64,000 nt of DNA, taken from contig JAFCZJ010000002.1 of assembly GCA_019314375.1 (NCBI GenBank), forward strand, positions 6,904 to 70,903, read 5' to 3'. Positions 57,031-64,000 of the stretch are shown piece by piece. The stretch comes from Deltaproteobacteria bacterium. GTDB lineage: Bacteria > Myxococcota > B64-G9. The stretch's first letter is position 1. Each line of letters starts with the position of its first letter. The notes below the pieces were generated by a model. The model searched no databases, was not told the DNA's origin, and saw only the letters and a program-made list of their open reading frames with translations. Position numbers and translations under genes: made by a program.

Positions 57031-58605
57031 ATGTCTAAGACGACCACATGCATACTCTTGACCCTATTGGGTCTTTTCTTTTTGGGTCTGTGGTGGTTGA
57101 TGGACGACGCCCCCGAAGATCATGGGACCGCTGCGAGTCTGCAGGGCATGGTGGAGGATGGCGATCAAGGGCCCATCGCGGCAGAGGTTCGACTGCGCTG
57201 CGCGGATGAAGGCATTCAGAAAATTCGTGCCGGGGAAGATGGGCTGTTCGAGTTTGAAGGCCTGCCCGAAGGGTCTTGCCGGGTCATGGCCCAGGCTGAG
57301 GGTTATCTGGCCGGCATGCGTGAAGTGAGTGCGCGTTTGGATGTGGAAATCTTGGCCGGTGAACGCCTGGTGGATGTACGTCTGCTTCTCTATCGACCCA
57401 ATCGAATCGCAGGCCAGGTCTTGGGGCCGGCGGGACCTGTTCCCAATGCCAAAATTGGTTTGTTTGTGATTCAAGCGCCGGATGTGGAGCAGGCCTACAG
57501 TGAGGATTTGGAGCTTGTGACCTCGGCTGATGGTCGCTTTCATTTGGAGGGGCTGGGGCCCGGGACTTTGCAGGTGCTGGCCGAGGCCGAGGGCCTGGCC
57601 ATGGGTCGCAGCCGAGAATTCGATTTGCGTTCCGGGACAAGCATCGAGGACCTGCGCATCGTCCTTTCTCCCTTGCAGGCCATCAAGGTAGCCGAAGCGC
57701 CACGGCTGATCATGCGTCGCGATGCATCCGAGCAGGATAGCGACACAGGTAGTCTGAGTGGGCGCGTGTTGACAAGCGGTTCGGGTAAATCGGTGCGCAT
57801 CTTTGATCTGCGCATGCTGGCCTTTCGGGAAAAGGATGGCGAGCTGGGCAAGTTGCCAAGGCGCGCCCAACGGCGTATCGCCGATGGCGAGGGTCGCTTC
57901 CGGCTAGAGGGATTGGAACCTGGCCAGTACAGTTTGGAGATCAGGGCTCCGGGACGGACTTCATCGCGATTGGAGTCGGTGCGAGTCGAAGCGGGTCGTT
58001 TGACCGATCTGGGAGACCTTTTTCTTTCCGGGCCCGGCAGCGTCCGGGGCAGGGTGGTGGACGGCCGTACGGGCGAAGGCCTGCCTGGCGTTAATGTGGG
58101 GGCTTTGGGTGTCGGGGGCAGGTCGGTGCGTAGTCAGAGCGACGCAGACGGAAATTTCCGGCTCACCCAGTTGCCGGCTGATTTGGTTTCGGTGGGCCTG
58201 GCCAAGCATGGCTATCTTCGTGAGCTTTTGTCGGGGATTTCCGTACAGGCCGGACAGGAATTGGATCTGGGTGAGGTGAGCCTGGAGTCAAGTCAGGGTA
58301 AGCGCGGCAGCTTTGCATACGCCGGCATGGGGGCCAGCCTCAAGCAGGAGGGTGGCCGTTTGTTGGTGGGCGATGTTTTCGAGGGCGCGCCGGCGGCCCA
58401 GGTTGGCCTGGTTACAGGAAGTCAGATCATGACCGTGGATGGACAAGATGTAAGTGCCTTGGGGCTGAGGGGGGCCGTGGAGCGTATCCGGGGCAGGGAT
58501 GGAAGCATGGTGAGCCTGGAAGTCATCCTGCCCGGTGAGTCCTCAAGTCGCCTGTTGCACATTCAGCGGGGACGCGTCATCAGCCCGGCCCGCCGTCGGC
58601 CCTGA
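57031..58605 (+). CDS. Membrane-anchored protein with CarboxypepD_reg-like (Ig-like) repeats and C-terminal PDZ domain
   Basis: N-terminal hydrophobic anchor (ILLTLLGLFFLGLWWL). Repeats are of the form G.V.D...GP...A.V.L. PDZ-like GMGASLKQEGGRLLVGDVFEGAPAAQVGLVTGSQIMTVDGQDV. The start codon is uncertain (no clear RBS). Confidence 0.6.
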   Translation: MSKTTTCILLTLLGLFFLGLWWLMDDAPEDHGTAASLQGMVEDGDQGPIAAEVRLRCADEGIQKIRAGEDGLFEFEGLPEGSCRVMAQAEGYLAGMREVSARLDVEILAGERLVDVRLLLYRPNRIAGQVLGPAGPVPNAKIGLFVIQAPDVEQAYSEDLELVTSADGRFHLEGLGPGTLQVLAEAEGLAMGRSREFDLRSGTSIEDLRIVLSPLQAIKVAEAPRLIMRRDASEQDSDTGSLSGRVLTSGSGKSVRIFDLRMLAFREKDGELGKLPRRAQRRIADGEGRFRLEGLEPGQYSLEIRAPGRTSSRLESVRVEAGRLTDLGDLFLSGPGSVRGRVVDGRTGEGLPGVNVGALGVGGRSVRSQSDADGNFRLTQLPADLVSVGLAKHGYLRELLSGISVQAGQELDLGEVSLESSQGKRGSFAYAGMGASLKQEGGRLLVGDVFEGAPAAQVGLVTGSQIMTVDGQDVSALGLRGAVERIRGRDGSMVSLEVILPGESSSRLLHIQRGRVISPARRRP

Positions 58606-60951
58606 TCAGGGTTGGCTGACGGTCAGATCGAAAGTGTCCGTGTCACCGGTCGTGTTGATGTTTCGCACCAGGATCAATAGCTCGCCGTCGTAGGGTGCGG
58701 TGGTGTCCAGTTGGGCGGTCTCGCCCGCGGCGGTTGCTGCAACTTGGCCCAATCGGCCCAGTTCGTCGTTTCCGACTCTGGAATACCAGTTGCTTTGTGA
58801 GTGATAACCTCGGGCCAGCAACCAGATTTCAGGCTGCAGCTCCGCGCCGGTTTCCGGATTGGCCAGGATGCGGATGGCCGCCCCGTTGGTGACCTCGATA
58901 CGGAATAGCGCCGCGCCCGGGCCGGTTTGCAAGTCAACGCCGTCCACGTCGATGGGGGTGGTTGTCAAGGTGCCCAGGTCCATGGGCGTCAGCAGCCAGG
59001 GGGTGACGCTCCAGTCGGCACCGGAGAGATCCGCGCCTTCTTCTATCCATCGCAAAAACACCGTCTCGCTTTCGCGCAGCCAGGCGAAGCTTGGGCTGAG
59101 AGCGTCTAAGCTTGCGCTCTCGGTATCCAGGGCCGGCCCCAGGGGCAGAAGGTCCGTCTTGAATAGTTGGGCCAAAGGATCACTCCAATTGCCGTTGCCC
59201 GAAAGCGCATCCATCCACAGAATCTGGCCGGCTGCTCCATCCAGGCGCGCCAGGCCGCCGTCGGTCAGGCTGTTGGCCGGCATCTCCACGGCGGCCAGGG
59301 TGCCCGATGCGGCGTCGGGGGTCAGGGCGGGCGTGGCGTAAAGCAGGTTCTCGAAGTCGTATGCAGCTTGGGCCACACCAGAAGAATCGTGGAGCCAGAC
59401 GTAAATCCAGCTGTCGTTTTGGGCATAGTGGTGTCGCCAGCAGTTTTCTTCGGCGCCGGCCGTGCAAAAGGTGAGAGACGACAAGTCCGAAGCCAGCAAG
59501 TCCGCGCGAAGCCGGCCTTCGACACCTGCCGGCAGGCCGCAAGAAAAGACGAAGAAATCGCCCAAACTCATGTCCCAGCGCAGAATGCGGTAGGCACCTT
59601 CTGCCAGGCTGCCGTCTGAGCAATTCGTGGCGTTACAATCCTCTACGGGCAAGCTGGCCATGGTCAGGCTGTAGTCCATATTGGGCCCGCTGGAGAGTAA
59701 GAAGTCTTGCACCAGAAGGTACGCGCCGTCGCTGTCGGCGGCAAAGATCGCGATTGCGTCCTCATTGAACCAAGATGCCTGTACCTCCTGGCGCAGTTGA
59801 GCGTCAGGCCCGAAGACCATCAAGGTGGACCAGAGATCGCTGGAGGCATCGACGACGGGCTGCCCCGCCGAGCGCGTGGCCAGTATTTCCCTGGCGTTGA
59901 TGCCTTCGATGCGAAAGAAGGCCAGTTGTCCGTCCGACAGGCTGCCTTCCTGTGCGTCGGGCAGGCTGGAAATGACCTGCGGCGTGGGCGCGGGAAGACG
60001 TTCCACGGTCACGTAATAGCTGAAATCATCGCCGCCCACGGGCAAGGCTCCGATGCCGAAGAGATTGGCCAAGGCCGGGCCGATGTCGTTGAGCCAGAGC
60101 AGGTAGTTGCCGGTCGTCGGCAGGTAGATCTCTCGGCTGTTGTCCACGCCCAGGGGGTTGACCGAGGCTCTGAGGTAAGCCCCTGCTTCATCCGTCACAT
60201 AGAAGGCCGGCAGGCAGGCGCTTTCGCTGGTTGCGTGGATGCGCAGGTAGTCGCCGGCCTGGGCCGAGAAAGCAAAGACATCCCAGTCCTGATCCGCCCA
60301 GCCGTCGTCGTTAAGATCCTGGGGCAGATCCACCACGCCCCCAAGGCTTACTTGTTCGCCCTCGGCCGGCAGAGTAAACGCAGCCACGCCATCCGGCTCG
60401 GCGGATTCATTGACGTCCGGGGCGGGCAGTACATTCGGGACACAGTCGCCCTCGGGTCCCGGGTGGGTGCCCTCGCCGCAGGCCGTCGCGTCGGGTCGGC
60501 AAACCAGGCTGGTTTCGTCATAGGTCGTGCCCGGCGCGCAGCCCGAGCCGTCGGGCATACAGGTGCCCGTCTGGGGGTCTAATGCCGTGCCCGTGGAGCA
60601 GATGGGCACCAAGCGACAAGCATCCCCATCCCAATATTGACCCTCGGGGCAGTCGGGCACACAGGACGCCGAGGCCTCGTCGAAGCGGGTGCCGGCGGCG
60701 CATTCAGGTACCTGCTGACAGACGCTGCCGTCGAAGTACTGATCAGCGGCACAGGCCGGCACGCAAAGGCCGCTTTCCAGATCGGGTACGGTGCCCGGAT
60801 CGCAGGTCCAGGTGGGCACGCATCGACCGTCTTGTTCCACGGTGTCCTCGCCGCAGACAAGGCCGTCGTCACAGGCTGCGCCGAGTGAGATAAAGGACAA
60901 GAGGCTGGCTGCGATGGCGAAATGCTTCAAACCTTGTATGGAAGTCATCAT
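58606..60951 (-). CDS. Secreted protein: C-x2-G-T...C-V-P mini-repeats + several PPC-like beta-sandwich domains (paralogue B)
   Basis: ATG 60951 with GAGGAGG RBS overlapping the upstream gene's stop. Signal peptide. About 8 short Cys repeats. D.D.F.F....G..L.I segments are typical of pre-peptidase C-terminal-like domains. Confidence 0.55.
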   Translation of the reverse strand: MMTSIQGLKHFAIAASLLSFISLGAACDDGLVCGEDTVEQDGRCVPTWTCDPGTVPDLESGLCVPACAADQYFDGSVCQQVPECAAGTRFDEASASCVPDCPEGQYWDGDACRLVPICSTGTALDPQTGTCMPDGSGCAPGTTYDETSLVCRPDATACGEGTHPGPEGDCVPNVLPAPDVNESAEPDGVAAFTLPAEGEQVSLGGVVDLPQDLNDDGWADQDWDVFAFSAQAGDYLRIHATSESACLPAFYVTDEAGAYLRASVNPLGVDNSREIYLPTTGNYLLWLNDIGPALANLFGIGALPVGGDDFSYYVTVERLPAPTPQVISSLPDAQEGSLSDGQLAFFRIEGINAREILATRSAGQPVVDASSDLWSTLMVFGPDAQLRQEVQASWFNEDAIAIFAADSDGAYLLVQDFLLSSGPNMDYSLTMASLPVEDCNATNCSDGSLAEGAYRILRWDMSLGDFFVFSCGLPAGVEGRLRADLLASDLSSLTFCTAGAEENCWRHHYAQNDSWIYVWLHDSSGVAQAAYDFENLLYATPALTPDAASGTLAAVEMPANSLTDGGLARLDGAAGQILWMDALSGNGNWSDPLAQLFKTDLLPLGPALDTESASLDALSPSFAWLRESETVFLRWIEEGADLSGADWSVTPWLLTPMDLGTLTTTPIDVDGVDLQTGPGAALFRIEVTNGAAIRILANPETGAELQPEIWLLARGYHSQSNWYSRVGNDELGRLGQVAATAAGETAQLDTTAPYDGELLILVRNINTTGDTDTFDLTVSQP

Positions 60952-60961
60952 GGTCGCCTCC

Positions 60962-63343
60962 TCAATTTCCCGTGACCTGGATGTCGACGCTGAAGAAAGC
61001 CAGGGGGCCTGCCGATCCTGCATCCATGACCATGATGAGGCTCATGCCGTCGTAAGGGCTCAGGTACTCCACGGTGGCCGCTTCGCCGCCGGCGCTGGCG
61101 GTGGTTTGTTCCACCAGGCCCAAGCGGATGGCATCCGGATCAGTATCCCAGCGGTAGTATATCCAGTCCCAGATCGGATGGCCGAAGTTGAAAACCCAGA
61201 TCTCGGGTTGCAGGTTGGTCGACAAAAGGGCCGGGTCCACCGTGATCTGCAGCAACTGCTCAGCCTGGCCTTCGAAGGAGTAGAATTTCAGACTGCCGCC
61301 TAGCAGTTGGTTGCTCACGGAGACCGGTTGGCCCGCGGTGGGGGCCCCTAAGTCCTCGGCGCTCATGGACACGGGGCGCACATCGTAGGTGGCGCCCGTG
61401 ATATCGGCCCAAAGGTCGTAGACCCAGTGCAGGTAAGTGCGATCATGTCGAATGTAAGCGAAGGTCGGCGTGATGAAACCGTCTGGGAAGTTCCAGGCAT
61501 TCGTGTCCACGATCGGACCCACCGGCTCGAACTCAGGGGTCACCAACCATTCGCTGTATTGCTCCGACCATGCACCGGAAGTGGGGGTGAAGGAGTCGAA
61601 GAAGATAATCTGCCCTTCGTTCAGCTTGAGGTTTTCAAAGGCAGCTGCGTTTAGCGCGTATTCAATATTCATGTCGGGCACCGAGCCCGGAAGCAGGGCA
61701 TCGACGGTCAAGCCCGAGGCGGTCTCGCCGACAGCCAGGGTCTCGGTGGCCTTGATCTGATCCTCCACCAAATAATCGCCGGGCGTATCGCCATCTGACC
61801 AGCGGAGCCACAAATAGCGCGGGCCGGCTTCCTCGGCGAAGAGGCGTCCCCAGCCGCCCTGGCCCGGATAGACGTACTGCTCCGCCAGGATGGGCTGCAT
61901 GTCGCTGTCCAGCCAGGTCGCAAGCAAGGCAGACCAGGCCGTCTCCGCCATGCCGAATCGGGCCATGAGCAAGTCATCGGCTTGCAGGTCCCAGCGCAAG
62001 AGCGCTTCAGAGCCCATGGGAACCGAACCGGAGGCGCAGGCACCTCCGTCGCAGTCTTCGATCGCGGGCTCGGCCAGTTGGAATTCGAAGTCTCGAGTGC
62101 TGCCTGTCATCAGCAGATGATCCAAGACCACCAGATAGTCTTGACCGCTTTTCGGGTTCAGGGCGAATTCGGCGTTTTGGCTTGCGTCGCCCGTCAATTG
62201 TTCGTGCAAGAGGCCCTGGTCGTCGAAGATCATCAGGGCGGCGAAGACGTCGCTTGCGGCTGTTGCCGAGGGCTCGCCCACGGATCGCATGACGGCCGGC
62301 GTGCCGGGTGTCACGGCAGGCAGGCGGTAGAAATGGAGTTGTCCTTCATCCAATTGACCCGAGTCACCGTCAGGCATGGTTTCGAGGTCGATGACCTCCG
62401 GTGTCCCCAGGTTCTCCACCACAACCTGATAGGAAAATTCCGCACCGCCCACGGGCAGCACCAGGCTGCCAAAAAGATAGCCGGCCAGATGGTTGTAGTC
62501 GGTGACCAGCAAGACGTAGTCATCATCCTTGGGGAGATAGAATTCTCGGACGGCGTCTGATGCATTGGGCTCAAGGCAATAGCGTATGTAAGTGACCTGG
62601 CTGCGATCGGTCGGGTCCTCGGCCAGAAGGACCAAGGCCGGCCTGGCGGCCCCTCCGCTCAAGGCTTGAATCCGAAGGTAGCTGCCAGCGGGAGCGTGGA
62701 AGTTGAAGCCGTCCCAGTCGCTTTCATCCTGGCCATCTTCATCGCTGTCAAAGGGTTCGTCGATGAATCCGCCCAGGCTGATGCTGTCTCCCTCAGCCGG
62801 CAAATCGAAAACGGCGTTACTCGCCGGGTCCGCGGACTCCGCGACGTCGGATGGGCCCAAATCGTCGGGTACGCATTCACCCGAGGCGTCGGCGTGGGTG
62901 CCTTCTCCACAAGTCACGTCCGGCACGCATATGCCGTCCACCAGGCTGCTGCCCGCCGCGCAGGCTCCCTCGGAAGGAAGGCATTCGCCGGTGGCGGGAT
63001 CGTATTCGGTGCCCGTGCCACAGGTGGGCAGGGCTTGGCAAGCCTCGCCATCCCAGGCTTCGTCGTTGCCGCAAAGCGGTACGCAGCGACCGTCTTCTTC
63101 CACTGTGCCGGGGGCGCATTCGGTTACCGGTACGCAAGCACTGCCATCCCATCGCTGGTTTTCGAGACACAGGGGCACACAGGCCCCTTCTTGTTCCATG
63201 GTGCCGGGTCCGCATTCGCTGACTTCGGCCACGCACTGACCGTCTTGTTCCACGGTGCCTTCGGCGCAGAGCAGATTTTCGCCGCCACAGGCCCCCAGGA
63301 ACAGAACGAGAATCGACAATATTGGAAAACTTGATTTGCTCAT
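60962..63343 (-). CDS. Secreted lipoprotein, paralogue A of the downstream gene
   Basis: Lipobox (LVLFLGACGG). Same architecture as its partner, with collinear matches (CAEGTVEQDGQCV vs CGEDTVEQDGRCV; LPVGGAEFSYQVVVE vs LPVGGDDFSYYVTVE). Confidence 0.55.
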   Translation of the reverse strand: MSKSSFPILSILVLFLGACGGENLLCAEGTVEQDGQCVAEVSECGPGTMEQEGACVPLCLENQRWDGSACVPVTECAPGTVEEDGRCVPLCGNDEAWDGEACQALPTCGTGTEYDPATGECLPSEGACAAGSSLVDGICVPDVTCGEGTHADASGECVPDDLGPSDVAESADPASNAVFDLPAEGDSISLGGFIDEPFDSDEDGQDESDWDGFNFHAPAGSYLRIQALSGGAARPALVLLAEDPTDRSQVTYIRYCLEPNASDAVREFYLPKDDDYVLLVTDYNHLAGYLFGSLVLPVGGAEFSYQVVVENLGTPEVIDLETMPDGDSGQLDEGQLHFYRLPAVTPGTPAVMRSVGEPSATAASDVFAALMIFDDQGLLHEQLTGDASQNAEFALNPKSGQDYLVVLDHLLMTGSTRDFEFQLAEPAIEDCDGGACASGSVPMGSEALLRWDLQADDLLMARFGMAETAWSALLATWLDSDMQPILAEQYVYPGQGGWGRLFAEEAGPRYLWLRWSDGDTPGDYLVEDQIKATETLAVGETASGLTVDALLPGSVPDMNIEYALNAAAFENLKLNEGQIIFFDSFTPTSGAWSEQYSEWLVTPEFEPVGPIVDTNAWNFPDGFITPTFAYIRHDRTYLHWVYDLWADITGATYDVRPVSMSAEDLGAPTAGQPVSVSNQLLGGSLKFYSFEGQAEQLLQITVDPALLSTNLQPEIWVFNFGHPIWDWIYYRWDTDPDAIRLGLVEQTTASAGGEAATVEYLSPYDGMSLIMVMDAGSAGPLAFFSVDIQVTGN

Positions 63344-63411
63344 GATCGTCTCCTGTTAATAGAACGAACCTGTATTGGAGAGATTCTTGAATGTGTCTTA
63401 CGGGTGTCGGA

Positions 63412-64000
63412 CTAAGGATGTCGGAAGATGTGAAGGACTTGCAAGGCAGCACGTTTGGTGAATTCTTGGGCCAGTTCCTCGATGGCCATTTTTTCCGCTT
63501 CGGCCTCGCTTGCGGCTTGGCTCACGCCACGCAGGCTCCATTTATAGTTTTTCTTTGCCCCGTGGGCGGTCAGCCTGCATCGGCCCGATATCCGCATTTG
63601 ATTTTCCTTTTTTCGCAGGCTTTTTTGTGCCTTCAGGTCGAGGGTGAACATCCATTTGCCGTCCCGCGCGCGTACCGGGATGTTCTGCTTCGCCGTGGCA
63701 TCCTCGATCTGTTTGCGGAGGCGTGCCTCGATGCTCCCCTGGTCTCCCGTGGTCCAGTTGATGACCAGGATGGCGGGGAAGATGCCCTTGGCGATGCGGG
63801 CGACCTTGGGGCTTTTTTCCACGGCAAAGCGCAGCAGTCGGAAGACCTCGTCCCGGTGGCGGCTGAACTCGCTGGTTCTTGGACGGCGAAGCATGAATTG
63901 GACCAAGGGGTCCAGCTTTCGCCTGGGGTCCTTTTTTGCCGCAGTCCAGAGCTTGTTCAGCTCGTGGTATTGTTTGGTCCCTTTGGTGGCACGCTTGATG
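63412..64000 (-). CDS. Hypothetical protein, 5' end outside window
   Basis: The frame stays open from 63412 to the window edge (...IKRATKGTKQYHELNKLWTAAKKDPRRKLDPLVQFMLRR...). Basic, with no motif recognised. Confidence 0.4.
   Translation of the reverse strand, partial: IKRATKGTKQYHELNKLWTAAKKDPRRKLDPLVQFMLRRPRTSEFSRHRDEVFRLLRFAVEKSPKVARIAKGIFPAILVINWTTGDQGSIEARLRKQIEDATAKQNIPVRARDGKWMFTLDLKAQKSLRKKENQMRISGRCRLTAHGAKKNYKWSLRGVSQAASEAEAEKMAIEELAQEFTKRAALQVLHIFRHP

Noticed and set aside
58603-58608. Convergent genes whose stop codons abut (TGA|TCA) with no intergenic space for a terminator
   Set aside because: Real but common in compact bacterial genomes. There is no further evidence of functional antisense coupling.

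Overview
High-GC bacterial chromosomal window. Sorting signals, sigma54 promoters and TSP3/OmpA-type proteins suggest a Myxococcota-like (deltaproteobacterial, predator-type) genome; this is inference only. All functional calls come from reading motifs by eye in the supplied ORF translations; no database or HMM search was run.

Layout:
- 1-8.4 kb: a complete, translationally coupled chemosensory operon. It holds the 3' end of a CheW-like-domain gene, cheW, a multi-TM MCP, a HEAT-repeat protein, cheR, cheB, a coiled-coil/GAF protein and cheY.
- 8.4-18.7 kb: mixed genes. These are a discoidin-like secreted protein, TetR plus a lipoprotein, an IMPase-family enzyme, a CpsB-type PHP tyrosine phosphatase, a UPF0104 membrane protein, a neutral-ceramidase-like lipoprotein and two tandem zinc-ribbon paralogues.
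- 18786-18859: tRNA-Met(CAT) followed by a strong terminator.
- 19 kb to the end: about 20 of 25 CDS carry signal peptides or lipoboxes. Many are extremely Cys-rich, Asp-rich or internally repetitive:
  - a 6 x 38-aa Cys-repeat protein;
  - a 14 x 39-aa CxDGxDNDxD repeat lipoprotein encoded by near-identical 117-bp DNA repeats;
  - an Amidase_2 (PGRP-type) peptidoglycan amidase with Cys-rich and beta-domain repeats;
  - a 2,061-aa protein with 16 x 93-aa thrombospondin-type-3 super-repeats and a GGCGC/PEP/TM/RRR C-terminal sorting tag, followed by a TSP3-OmpA protein;
  - a beta-propeller/EGF/PPC protein;
  - an endonuclease I fusion;
  - a Gly-rich beta-helix-like protein;
  - two tandem paralogues with multiple PPC-like domains.
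- Embedded among these: a mazEF toxin-antitoxin pair, an M16C (PreP-like) peptidase, a GNAT, and an FMN-reductase-like flavoprotein.

Most notable non-coding signals:
- two near-consensus sigma54 -24/-12 promoters (32490-32505 and 56760-56775) with plausible upstream activator sites;
- an A+T-rich roughly 230-bp element with AGCCA-N5-TGGC dyads recurring exactly every 33 bp, bracketed by inverted repeats;
- a 16-nt motif present in exact copy in two convergent intergenic regions.

No rRNA, CRISPR array, transposase or integrase was seen.
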